DNA of 64,000 bases from a candidate division FCPU426 bacterium. Lineage in GTDB: Bacteria; Oederibacteriota; JAAXVQ01; JAUVAV01. Within the stretch, counting starts at the first letter, position 1. Every line of letters starts with the position of its first letter. The DNA lies in assembly GCA_040756875.1 (NCBI GenBank), contig JBFLYH010000002.1, positions 574,526 through 638,525 of the forward strand. The letters run 5' to 3'. A program made the translations under genes and the position numbers. This document shows positions 50,258 to 59,322 of the stretch, piece by piece. Under the pieces are notes generated by a model. The model ran no database searches. It was not told the DNA's origin and saw nothing but the letters and a program-made list of their open reading frames with translations.

Positions 50258-52002
50258 TGGTCTTGGTTCTGCGGCGGAAGGTCGCACTCGACCTCCTGGG
50301 GTTTGGCGGCCGGGAATTCAAAAACACGGGGGCCGTGCCGCAACTGCGCCGTGGCTCCGGTTTTTCTCAGGCGCAGAGGCGCCTCCGGATCCTGGCCGCG
50401 GATGACATTGGCCAGGCACAAAGCCAGTTCCAGACCGTCGCCGCGCCGGTAATTGGCCGCTTCATCCGGCGTGGCCAGGCCCGCCTCGTCGTAAATGGAT
50501 TCCAGCGGCCACGTGCGCAGCTCCCGGTAGACGGACTCCGGATCCCGGCCGGCGAACAATAGCCGCGACACCGGATTCCGCTCCAGGCAGGCCTTGAGAA
50601 AAGCGGGCCAGCCGCGGCTGTCCACCTGTCGGCCGGCGTAGTACGCCAGGTCCACGACCGGGTCGGAGGGGCGGGCGGCTTCCAGCCGCTCCAGGATTTC
50701 GGACCGGGTCAACCCGGCCGGCAGGCGGAAATTGCTTCCGGGCCGGTAGCTTTTATCGGGCGAGGGCGCGCTGACCTTCAGGCAGGTGAAAGCGCGCAGG
50801 CGTTCGCACAGGCGGTCGACATCCGGCAGGTCCGCCAGCCAGTGCTTCAGGGTCCGGTAGGACTCCGCGGCGCTGCACAGCAGCGGTTCGCCGTTTAATT
50901 TTTCCGCCAGCACGTCCAGGCGGTAACGGCCGGGATACGGCTCGCGGGAATACTCCTCCAGGTCGATCTCGTCCAGGAGCTTCTTCCGGCTGGCGTCGCC
51001 GATCCGGTAGCGGCTGCCGTGTTCGTAATGGAACAGCCGTTCGGCCTCCAGGTAATACAGGTGCCCGGAAACCGCGTATTCGAACTGGAAATGGCGGCGG
51101 AACTCGTCGTGTACCCACAGAAAGTTGATGAAAATCTCGAACGTAATGGCGGTGGTGAGGAACTCGCCCAGGGCGCCGAGAAACCGGCGGTACTGCTGCG
51201 GGTCGATGGTGGCTTCCGCGTACTCCACGTGCGCGTAGCCGCTGGCATGAGCCACGATCGTGATGCGCTCCTTTTCCAGGGCGCGCCGGGCCTTGGTGGA
51301 AAGCTCGGTCCCGTTGAACCACATGGACTTGGTCACCAGGCGGCGGTTGTTGGTGATGACGCCGCCTTCGCGGAGCACGAAATTCTGGGAATGCAGGGGC
51401 GTGGCCAGCAGAAAAATGTCCTCCAGGGGCACCTGCAGGACGATGTACAGGGCCGCGGCGTACAGCGCGGACAGGGAAACGCATTCGCCTGCGCCCTGGC
51501 CGAAGTCGGGTTTGTGGCGGAAGGCGTCCATGGCCTCCACGGTTTCGGTTTTCCAGTAGGGGATGATGTCCTCGGTGTAGCGGTCCAGCCCGAAATGGCG
51601 GCGGATGTCGAGGTCGAAATAATGCCTGTCGCCCTCGTAGCCGAACAGGGCGTTGGACTGCGCCAGGAGCTGCGGATCGATGAAATCCCGAAAACGGGCG
51701 AGCTCGCGTTGCTTGGTGGTCAGGCCCCAGGTTTCCAGGTCCAGGTTGAAGCGGTAATGGTCCATGATGTACTGCTTGAGCCGCTGCAGCTGGCGGCTGA
51801 ACGGCAGGCGGTCCAGGGAGGCAAACCACGGGTCCTGCCGCCACGCCCAAATCCGCGGGGAGCGGATATTGGCCAGCACCAGGGCATAGAGCAGTTCGGG
51901 AAAAATGAACACTTCCATGTCCGACAGGGTGAAGGCCGAGGAATATTTTTCCAGCTCCCGCGCCGAGGCGACGGGCGCCACGCCGGATGTGCTTGGCGTC
52001 AT
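50254..52002 (-). CDS. Hypothetical protein, possible transglutaminase-like core
   Basis: 582-aa ORF with coding-like composition; GECVSLSALYAAAL..PLHSQNF. Confidence 0.65.
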   Translation of the reverse strand: MTPSTSGVAPVASARELEKYSSAFTLSDMEVFIFPELLYALVLANIRSPRIWAWRQDPWFASLDRLPFSRQLQRLKQYIMDHYRFNLDLETWGLTTKQRELARFRDFIDPQLLAQSNALFGYEGDRHYFDLDIRRHFGLDRYTEDIIPYWKTETVEAMDAFRHKPDFGQGAGECVSLSALYAAALYIVLQVPLEDIFLLATPLHSQNFVLREGGVITNNRRLVTKSMWFNGTELSTKARRALEKERITIVAHASGYAHVEYAEATIDPQQYRRFLGALGEFLTTAITFEIFINFLWVHDEFRRHFQFEYAVSGHLYYLEAERLFHYEHGSRYRIGDASRKKLLDEIDLEEYSREPYPGRYRLDVLAEKLNGEPLLCSAAESYRTLKHWLADLPDVDRLCERLRAFTCLKVSAPSPDKSYRPGSNFRLPAGLTRSEILERLEAARPSDPVVDLAYYAGRQVDSRGWPAFLKACLERNPVSRLLFAGRDPESVYRELRTWPLESIYDEAGLATPDEAANYRRGDGLELALCLANVIRGQDPEAPLRLRKTGATAQLRHGPRVFEFPAAKPQEVECDLPPQNQDH

Positions 52003-52003
52003 G

Positions 52004-52864
52004 TCATTGCTCCTGTCCGCGCATCCGCGCCCAGGCCCGCAGCCGCCGCAGGTTGCGGCGGTCCGGCCCCTGGCGGTCGAAACCCGGCGTCTCGAGAATG
52101 ACCGGCAGGCGACGGCACGCGGGCTCGTTCAAAAGGCGCTTCAGTCCGGCCGCGCCCAGGCGGCCTTCGCCGAGGTTCTCGTGCTGGTCGCGTCCGCTGC
52201 CGCAGGGAAACTTCGAATCGTTCAGGTGGATGCAACCCACCCGTCGCCAGCCCACGTGGCGTTGCAGGTCGGAAAGAAAGCGCCGGTAGCCCGGGGGCGA
52301 GGCCAAGTCATAACCCGCGGCGCACAAGTGCGCCGAATCCAGGCACACGCCCACGCGCGGGCCCAGGCGGCGGCACCAGCGGCCCAAAGTCGCAAAATCG
52401 CCGAGAGTGGGGCTTGGACCGGCCGCAGTTTCCAGCAGCAGCCGGCAGCCTTCGGGAACCAGGGGCAGAAGCGGCCGCAGGCGGGCCGCCAGGCGTTCAA
52501 AGCCCCGGCCTTGTCCCAGGTCCGATCCGGTGTGCACGACCACCGCCTGTGCGCCCAGGCGCCGGGCCGAGACCAGGTCGCGCCGCAACGCCTGCACGGA
52601 ATGCTTCCCCACCGCCGGTTTGGGCGACGCCAAATTGACCAGATAGATGGTATGAATGACCAGCTGCCGGATCCCGGCCCGGGGCGCGGCGTCGCGGAAA
52701 GCCCGGGCCTGGGCTGGACTCACCGGCTCGCCCTGCCAGCCGCGCGGATTGGCCGCGAAAATCTGCATGCACGTGCAACCCAGCCTCCTGGCTTTTTCCA
52801 CGGCGGCTTCCATGCCGCCGGCCGTGGAAACGTGCGCGCCCAACAGGCGGGGAGGCTGTTTCAC
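52004..52864 (-). CDS. nfo: Endonuclease IV
   Basis: GAHVS, H..YLVNLAS, LLETAAG, CLDSAH, HLNDSK, DQHENLG, ILETP. Confidence 0.92.
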   Translation of the reverse strand: MKQPPRLLGAHVSTAGGMEAAVEKARRLGCTCMQIFAANPRGWQGEPVSPAQARAFRDAAPRAGIRQLVIHTIYLVNLASPKPAVGKHSVQALRRDLVSARRLGAQAVVVHTGSDLGQGRGFERLAARLRPLLPLVPEGCRLLLETAAGPSPTLGDFATLGRWCRRLGPRVGVCLDSAHLCAAGYDLASPPGYRRFLSDLQRHVGWRRVGCIHLNDSKFPCGSGRDQHENLGEGRLGAAGLKRLLNEPACRRLPVILETPGFDRQGPDRRNLRRLRAWARMRGQEQ

Positions 52865-53634
52865 GACGGACTTTCTCCGATCCAGGACTCGAGTTTGCAC
52901 CATAGTAAAAATGCCGTTTCCAACCGTTCCTGCACGTTTTGGACCTTCGCCTCGCTGATCCGCCCCTCGGCGTCGAGCAGCAATCCGGGCGCCAGGCCCA
53001 GGGTCAGCCACGGCACGCCCGGACGGCCGTGACGCGTGCCGAGATACGCGCCGGTTTGCGGTTCATTGAGCCCGACCCGTCCGGCCACATCGGAAAAACG
53101 CGCGGCCAGCAAATCGCGCAGGTTCCGCGCCTGTTCGACCGGCCCGGTCAGGCGGCCGGCGCCTGGCCGCGCCTCGCCGGTGGGGCTGCCGTTGTTCCCC
53201 ACGCTGACCAGCACGGGCCTGCGCTCCAAACCCGCGGCCGGGTCCGGCAGTGCCCGCACTTCCAGCACGGCCCGCACTTTCCGCGACGCCGCGCTCCGGC
53301 CCACCTGGTCGTGAAACGACCGGTAGGCCTGCTGCAATTCCCGGCGGCACGCCTGGACGGCGCGGCGTTCGAAGGCAAAGAGCGGCAGCCGGTCCGGGCC
53401 CCGGCCGGGCAGCGATTGCCCCGGCGGCGCGTCCAGCTTCAGCAGCAGCGGAACCACCGCGCCGCGCACGATGAACGGCGTGCGGTGGTCCAACGCCGCG
53501 GCCCGGTCCAAGGCCGCGCCGGCCCGGGACAGGAAGGGTTGCAAAGCCGCTTGCCGCTCTTCGGGAAATGCTTCAGGCCAACGGGTCCCGCCGTCAGGCA
53601 GGACCAATAGCAGGGGCAGGGACTTCAATTCCAT
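52861..53634 (-). CDS. N-formylglutamate amidohydrolase-like protein, degenerate
   Basis: LPLLLVLPDGG, YRSFH, NEP..G.Y....G...PW; metal ligands appear replaced. Confidence 0.45.
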   Translation of the reverse strand: MELKSLPLLLVLPDGGTRWPEAFPEERQAALQPFLSRAGAALDRAAALDHRTPFIVRGAVVPLLLKLDAPPGQSLPGRGPDRLPLFAFERRAVQACRRELQQAYRSFHDQVGRSAASRKVRAVLEVRALPDPAAGLERRPVLVSVGNNGSPTGEARPGAGRLTGPVEQARNLRDLLAARFSDVAGRVGLNEPQTGAYLGTRHGRPGVPWLTLGLAPGLLLDAEGRISEAKVQNVQERLETAFLLWCKLESWIGESPS

Positions 53635-53643
53635 GCGGAAGCT

Positions 53644-54195
53644 TCAGGCCCAGCGCACATGCCATTTCCAGGCTTGGGGGTCGCTTTCGTCCCGCTGAAT
53701 GGAAATGTTCCTGGCCCGGGTCAGCTCCAGCACGCCGATGATGAACCCTTCGAGGTATTTGCGCTGCAGGGGGGGCATGTCCGGAAATTGGCGCACTACG
53801 ACCACGCCGCTCTTGCCGTCGGCGTTTTCGATCGTCGCCTCGCCGGTGTCATTGTAGGTGTGCCACAATTTCGCGGTGCGCTGCACCACAAATTCCACGG
53901 AAGGGATCATGAGGAAGACTTTATAAATGCCGTTCAGCCCGGCCTTGGCCAGCATGGCCGCCACCTTCTGCACGCCGTCCGGCTGGCCCGGAAAGAACAT
54001 CTCCGCGGCCACGGTGATCAAATCACCTTGATCCGGAATGTCTTTAAGGTCTATCCACGACACGGGCATGCTGGTGTCCAGGCGTTCCCGTTCCTTGGGA
54101 TGCAGCTTCTCTTTAAAACGGCGCACAAATTCGGGACCCTGATCCTGGATCAGCGTGCGCATAAGCATGTATCGGGTGGCTTTAATTCTGGGCAT
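53644..54195 (-). CDS. Hypothetical protein (DUF2378/V4R-like)
   Basis: LNGIYKVFL..S......A.LW..Y.DTG..G...G.LE..W pattern. Confidence 0.5.
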   Translation of the reverse strand: MPRIKATRYMLMRTLIQDQGPEFVRRFKEKLHPKERERLDTSMPVSWIDLKDIPDQGDLITVAAEMFFPGQPDGVQKVAAMLAKAGLNGIYKVFLMIPSVEFVVQRTAKLWHTYNDTGEATIENADGKSGVVVVRQFPDMPPLQRKYLEGFIIGVLELTRARNISIQRDESDPQAWKWHVRWA

Positions 54196-54225
54196 GGGCT
54201 CACCGGCTTTCCTGCGCCGCCCGGC

Positions 54226-55047
54226 TCAGGCCAGGTCGCGCAACCAGGCCAGCGCCGAAGCCGCAGCCAGGGCGCTGGTTTTGGGGTTCTCCCGTGAAGG
54301 CTCGTTCTCCGTGACGGTTTGCAGGCGTCCGAAATCGCCGCGCACTTCGAGCAGGTGGACGTTGCGGCGGCAGCCCGGGTCGGCGACGATCTCGACCCGG
54401 GTGCGGTCCGCCCCGATGCCTGTCAGGGCCACGGCCGCGGCCACGTTTACATTGGCCGGAAACGCCTTCACCGCCTCGCGGGCGCTGCCGCAAAATATCC
54501 GGCGGGCTTGCTTCAGCCGCTCCAGCCTCAGGGGATGGGTCTTGAAAAACGGCGCGCCAGCCAGCCCCCGCGGCGGCTTGCGCGTCACCAGGCGCACGCT
54601 TTGGATCCGCCCCAGGGCTTTGGCCGCCCGCAGGCCGTCCAATCCGCACAAAGCGCCCGCAGGAAACGCCAAGCGGCGTCCCGCGCGCCGGAACCGCTCC
54701 GCCAGTTCCGGGTGCTCGAGCAATCCGCCCACAGACATGACCAGCAGGTGCTTGCGCTCCCTCAGCGCGGCCGCGGCCACCGGTTTCACGGCCGCCATGC
54801 CGGCTGCCTCCACCAGGAGGTCGCTGGCCCGCGCCGCCTCGTCCAGGCTCAGCACGCGGGGCCGGGGCCGCAGGGTCTGCGCCAGGGATCGGGCCCGCGC
54901 CAGGTTGAGATCGGTCAGGGAAACCAGGCGCGCCCCCGGCACCGCGCCCCGGGCCAGGGCCCGGGCCAGCTGGGAGCCGATGGCGCCGCAACCGACGACG
55001 CCGATGGACACGGCTTGGGCAGCCGGCCGGCGCGGAAGTGTTTTCAT
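54226..55047 (-). CDS. nadX: L-aspartate dehydrogenase
   Basis: GCGAIG, MSVGGL, GALCGLD, TRKPP, FPANVNVA, NPKTS; next to nadA. Confidence 0.9.
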   Translation of the reverse strand: MKTLPRRPAAQAVSIGVVGCGAIGSQLARALARGAVPGARLVSLTDLNLARARSLAQTLRPRPRVLSLDEAARASDLLVEAAGMAAVKPVAAAALRERKHLLVMSVGGLLEHPELAERFRRAGRRLAFPAGALCGLDGLRAAKALGRIQSVRLVTRKPPRGLAGAPFFKTHPLRLERLKQARRIFCGSAREAVKAFPANVNVAAAVALTGIGADRTRVEIVADPGCRRNVHLLEVRGDFGRLQTVTENEPSRENPKTSALAAASALAWLRDLA

Positions 55048-55067
55048 CGGGAAAACCTCCCCGGGAC

Positions 55068-56009
55068 TTAACGCTGCGGAATGACTTCCACCATGCGTTC
55101 CACGGCCCGGCGCGCCTTCACCACGACCGCGGGGTCGAGCTCGACGGCATGGCGCATGTGCTCGAGGCCGGACACCAGCACGGCCAGGGTGGTCATCTTC
55201 ATGGTGCGGCAGAGCATGCGTTCGGACAACGGGTGGAAGCGCTTGGCCGGATGTTCCTGGCGCAAACGGTAGAGCAGGCCGATTTCGGTCCCGATCAGGA
55301 ACTCCGCGCGCGGGTCGTCGCGGACGAAACGCAGCATTTGGGAAGTGGAGAGCACGGCGTCAGCCAGCGCGCACACTTCGGGCCGGCACTCCGGGTGGGC
55401 GAGAAAAACCGCCCCGGGGTGGCTGGCCCGGCCGGCCGCGACGTCCTGCACGGTGATGCGGTGGTGGACGCAGCAGCTGCCGGCCCAGGGAAAGATGCGT
55501 TTATCCGTGTGCCGCGCCACCCAGTCCGCCAGGTTTTTATCCGGCACGAAAATCACTTCGTCCTGGGCAAGCCCGCGCACCACGTCCACGGCGTTGGCCG
55601 AGGTGCAGCAGACGTCCGAAACCGCCTTGACCGCGGCCGAGGAATTGACGTAGCTGACCACCGCGGCCCGCGGATGCCGGGCCCGCTCGGCCAGCACGTC
55701 CTCGGCCGTGACCGTGTCGGCCAGGGGGCATCCGGCCTCGGCCACGGGCAGGAGCACGGTCTTGTCCGGCGCGAGCAGCTTGGCGCTTTCGGCCATGAAG
55801 CGAACGCCGGCCAGCACGATGACCCGGGCGTCGGACCGGGCGGCCAGCCGCGCCAGTTCCAGCGAATCGCCGGTGTGGTCGGCCACGGCCTGCACTTCGT
55901 CCGGCTGGTAGTTATGGGCCAGAATGACGGCCCGGCGCTCGGTTTTCAGGATCTGCAGCCGCTCGGTCAGGCGTTGCGGATTTTGCATGGCAAGTAAAGT
56001 CTCACTCAT
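55068..56009 (-). CDS. nadA: Quinolinate synthase
   Basis: LAHNYQ, GDS, AGCPLA, YVNSSA, CCVH, HPEC, C..MK. Confidence 0.95.
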   Translation of the reverse strand: MSETLLAMQNPQRLTERLQILKTERRAVILAHNYQPDEVQAVADHTGDSLELARLAARSDARVIVLAGVRFMAESAKLLAPDKTVLLPVAEAGCPLADTVTAEDVLAERARHPRAAVVSYVNSSAAVKAVSDVCCTSANAVDVVRGLAQDEVIFVPDKNLADWVARHTDKRIFPWAGSCCVHHRITVQDVAAGRASHPGAVFLAHPECRPEVCALADAVLSTSQMLRFVRDDPRAEFLIGTEIGLLYRLRQEHPAKRFHPLSERMLCRTMKMTTLAVLVSGLEHMRHAVELDPAVVVKARRAVERMVEVIPQR

Positions 56010-56421
56010 AAACGCGTTTCCCCTTCCGCCCGGGCGGCAGGGAGGCGTAGGGTCTGAGGCTGTCCACTCGGATCTCGGTAATGCGATTCTGTTTGTTCAC
56101 GAAGGCCACCCGGGGGTGGAAGCGCTCCAATTCCTCGTCCGTCACCGCGGCGTAGGCCAGAATGATGACGCGGTCGTGCTTGGTAAAAAACCGGGCGGCT
56201 GCGCCGTTGACGCGCACCTCGCCGGACCCGCGTTTTCCCGGAATGACGTAGGTCTCCACCCGCGCGCCGTTGTCCAGGTTGAGCACGTGCACGTGCTCGT
56301 AGGGCAGCAGGTCCACGGCCTGGCACAGGTCGCGGTCGATGGTAATGCTGCCCATGTAGTGCAGCTTGGACCCGGTCACCGTGGCCCGGTGGATTTTAGA
56401 TTTCAACAGACTGCGCTGCAT
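56002..56421 (-). CDS. panD: Aspartate 1-decarboxylase
   Basis: KSKIHRATVT, YMGSITID, ETYVI, NGAAAR. Confidence 0.95.
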   Translation of the reverse strand: MQRSLLKSKIHRATVTGSKLHYMGSITIDRDLCQAVDLLPYEHVHVLNLDNGARVETYVIPGKRGSGEVRVNGAAARFFTKHDRVIILAYAAVTDEELERFHPRVAFVNKQNRITEIRVDSLRPYASLPPGRKGKRVYE

Positions 56422-56426
56422 GCGTT

Positions 56427-57353
56427 TCAGCTCCCGCTGGCGAGGTCCACCAGGATATTGTCGATCAAACGGGCCTTGCCCAGGCGCACAGCCACGGCCA
56501 CCAGCACCCGTCCGGTCAGGATGTTCAGGTCCTCGAGGGTGTCGGCGTTCCGGACGGAGACGTAGTCGATGGTGATCAGCGGTTCGCTGCGCAGGCGCTT
56601 GCGCACCGCTTCCAGGACTTCCTTGGGATTGCGTTCGCCCACCTGGAGCATGCCTTCGGCCAGCTTCAGGGCCTGGTACAGGGCCGGCGCGACCGCCCGC
56701 TCTTCCTTGTTCAGGTAAACGTTGCGCGAGCTCCGGGCCAGGCCGTCCGCCTCCCGCACCGTGGGCAGCAGGATCGGTTCGCAGCCCAGATTCAGATCCG
56801 CAAGCACGCGCTTGATCACCAGCCACTGCTGGTAGTCTTTCTGGCCGAAAAACGCCCGGTGCGGCCGGACCTGGCTGATCAGCTTGGCCACCACCGTGGC
56901 CACCCCGGTAAAATGTTCGGGCCTCGACTGTCCGCACAGCGGCTGGGTCAGGCGGTCCGAGGGCACCACGCGCGTGGAGAACCCTTCCGGATACATGTCC
57001 TCCTTGGCGGGCGCGAACAACACCTCCACTTTTTCGGCCGAGACCAGCCGCAGGTCCTTCTTCAGGTCGCGCGGATAGGTCTCCAGGTCTTCGGCCGGGC
57101 TGAACTGGAGCGGATTGACGAACAAGGTGACCACGACCCGGTCGCAGGCGCGGCGGGCTTCGCGGATCAGGGACTGGTGCCCCTCGTGCAGGGCGCCCAT
57201 GGTGGGCACCAGGCCGATGGACTTCCCGTTCCGGCGCCAGCGCTCGGTCAGCAGGCGGATGTCCTTGATGGCGGTGATCAGCTTGGTCTTGTTCCGGCCC
57301 CGGGTCTTTGCTGTTTCTGCCGCCGGAGGCGCGGCCACGGTTTCGGCGATCAT
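56427..57353 (-). CDS. panC: Pantoate--beta-alanine ligase
   Basis: VPTMGALHEGH, FVNPLQF, FGQKDYQQ, RLIDN. Confidence 0.95.
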   Translation of the reverse strand: MIAETVAAPPAAETAKTRGRNKTKLITAIKDIRLLTERWRRNGKSIGLVPTMGALHEGHQSLIREARRACDRVVVTLFVNPLQFSPAEDLETYPRDLKKDLRLVSAEKVEVLFAPAKEDMYPEGFSTRVVPSDRLTQPLCGQSRPEHFTGVATVVAKLISQVRPHRAFFGQKDYQQWLVIKRVLADLNLGCEPILLPTVREADGLARSSRNVYLNKEERAVAPALYQALKLAEGMLQVGERNPKEVLEAVRKRLRSEPLITIDYVSVRNADTLEDLNILTGRVLVAVAVRLGKARLIDNILVDLASGS

Positions 57354-58147
57354 GCTGGTTTCCTCCCCGCACCGGGAAACGTCCCGGCCTTGACATCCGC
57401 CGCATAGGCTGATATGGCCGCCACCGCGGCCTGTCCCAGCTCGGCGTAACGCTTGGCAAAGGGCGGCGTGAAATCCCCGAACAGCCCCAGGATGTCGTGC
57501 AGCACCAGCACCTGGCCGTCGCAGGCCGGACCGGCTCCGCAGCCGATGGTGGGAATGGAAAGCGCCTTCGTGACGCGGCCGGCCGCCTCGTCCGGAACTT
57601 TTTCCAGCACCACCGCGAAAGCGCCGGCCGCTTCCAGGGCCTGGGCGTCGCGCAGCAGGCGGGCCTGGCCGTCCGGGTCCGTGGCCTGGGTCCGGTAGCC
57701 GCCGTGCAGGTGCACGGACTGGGGCATGAGCCCCACGTGCCCCATGACCGGAATGCCGGCGGCCGTGAGCGCGGCCACGGTCGGCGCCCAGGCTTCCCCG
57801 CCTTCCAGCTTGACCGCGTGGGCGCCGGCTTCCTTGAGCAGCCGGCCCGCGTTGCGCACCGCTTCTTCGCGCGACACCTGATAGCTTAAAAACGGCAGGT
57901 CCGCCACCACCAGGCTGTCGCCCGCCCCGCGCGCCGCGGCGGCCGTATGCCGGAGCATGTCCTCCAGGGTGACGGGCAGCGTGCTGTCGAACCCGAGCAC
58001 GACCTGCCCCAGCGAGTCCCCTACCAGGATCACGGGCACGCCGGCTTGGGACACCAGTTTGGCCAGGGAGTAATCGTAGGCGGTCAGCACGGCGAAGCGT
58101 TCGCCGCGCGCCTTCCATTCGGACAGATGGCGGACGGTCACCCGCAT
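57350..58147 (-). CDS. panB: 3-methyl-2-oxobutanoate hydroxymethyltransferase
   Basis: LTAYD, LVGDSLG, VKLEGG, GHVGLMPQ, DGQVLV. Confidence 0.96.
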   Translation of the reverse strand: MRVTVRHLSEWKARGERFAVLTAYDYSLAKLVSQAGVPVILVGDSLGQVVLGFDSTLPVTLEDMLRHTAAAARGAGDSLVVADLPFLSYQVSREEAVRNAGRLLKEAGAHAVKLEGGEAWAPTVAALTAAGIPVMGHVGLMPQSVHLHGGYRTQATDPDGQARLLRDAQALEAAGAFAVVLEKVPDEAAGRVTKALSIPTIGCGAGPACDGQVLVLHDILGLFGDFTPPFAKRYAELGQAAVAAISAYAADVKAGTFPGAGRKPA

Positions 58148-58149
58148 GA

Positions 58150-58794
58150 TCAGCCCTTGAACCCGGCGGGATTGTAGTACTGCGTGCCCTTGCCCATGGC
58201 GCGCACCTGCTTGACCAGGTCGTTCAGGTCCTGCCGGTTTTGCACGAAGTCGATGTCATTGGTGTTGACCACCAGGAGGGGCGTTTCCTGGTAGTGGAAG
58301 AAATAATGGTTGTAGGCCTGGTTCAGTTTTTCGAGGTATTCGCGGTCGAGGTTCCGTTCGAAGGCCCGGCCGCGGAGGGCCAGGCGCTGCAGCAGCACCT
58401 CGGTGGAAGCCTGCAGGTAGATCACCAGGTCCGGGCGCAGAAACTGCCCGTGCAGCAGCTGGCACAGGCGCTCGTACAGGGTCAGTTCGTTTTCATCCAG
58501 GGTGAGGTAGGCGAAAATCCGGTCCTTGCTGAACAGGTAGTCGCAGATCACGTTGCGCTGGAACAGGTTGCCCTGGGCGAGCTCCTGCTGCTGCCGGTAG
58601 CGGTTGAGCAGGAAAAATATCTGGGTCTGGAAGGCGTAGCCGCGCATGTCCTGGTAGAACTTGGACAGGAACGGGTTTTCCTCCGCGGCCTCCAGCACCA
58701 GGCGTGCGTTCAGCTCCTTGCCCAGGTATTCGCACAGGCTGGTCTTGCCCACGCCCAGCACGCCTTCGATCACGATATATCGGTTCGCTTCCAC
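58150..58794 (-). CDS. Deoxynucleoside kinase
   Basis: EGVLGVGKT, NPFL..FY, FLLNR, PDLVIYL, RGR.FE. Confidence 0.92.
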   Translation of the reverse strand: MEANRYIVIEGVLGVGKTSLCEYLGKELNARLVLEAAEENPFLSKFYQDMRGYAFQTQIFFLLNRYRQQQELAQGNLFQRNVICDYLFSKDRIFAYLTLDENELTLYERLCQLLHGQFLRPDLVIYLQASTEVLLQRLALRGRAFERNLDREYLEKLNQAYNHYFFHYQETPLLVVNTNDIDFVQNRQDLNDLVKQVRAMGKGTQYYNPAGFKG

Positions 58795-58800
58795 CGGCGA

Positions 58801-59313
58801 TCACTCCTCGCTGCCCCAAGCCCAGTTGGGGCCCTGGATCCGCCGCAGCCGGGCCCGGTCGGCCAGGCGGCTGGCCAGCTGCCGCATGGTCAGTCCCAGT
58901 CGCGGATGAAGCAGGCCGGGTGCCAGTTCCGACAGCGGCTCAAGCACGAACGCCCGCCCGGACAGGCGGGGGTGCGGCAGTTCCAATCCGGGTTCCCGGA
59001 TAACCCGCCCATTATACAACAACCAGTCCACATCCAGCTCGCGCGGCGCGTTTTTTTCTCGCAGCACCCTGCCGGCCGCGGCCTCCAGGCCCTGGCCCAG
59101 GTCCAGCAGGGCCCTGGCCGCCCACTCGGTCCGCAGCCAGGCCACGGCGTTCAAATAATCAGGCTGAAAGCCCCCGCCCTGGGGGCGGCTCATATATAAG
59201 GAAGAAACTCCCAGCACCTGGATGCCGGGCTGCCGGCGCAGGCTGGCCACCGCCCGCCGCAGCTGTTGCCGCGGGTTCCCGAGGTTGGCGCCCAAGCCCG
59301 CGTAAACGTCCAT
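58801..59313 (-). CDS. folK: 2-amino-4-hydroxy-6-hydroxymethyldihydropteridine diphosphokinase
   Basis: GLGANLG, YLNAV, PRELDVD, LPHPR..RAFVL.PL. Confidence 0.93.
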   Translation of the reverse strand: MDVYAGLGANLGNPRQQLRRAVASLRRQPGIQVLGVSSLYMSRPQGGGFQPDYLNAVAWLRTEWAARALLDLGQGLEAAAGRVLREKNAPRELDVDWLLYNGRVIREPGLELPHPRLSGRAFVLEPLSELAPGLLHPRLGLTMRQLASRLADRARLRRIQGPNWAWGSEE

Positions 59314-59322
59314 GCGGCCCGC

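Noticed and set aside
56002-58118. Apparent long panD and panC fusion ORFs (485 and 563 aa)
   Set aside because: Upstream extensions are off-frame overlaps of panC and panB; true starts are 56421 and 57353.
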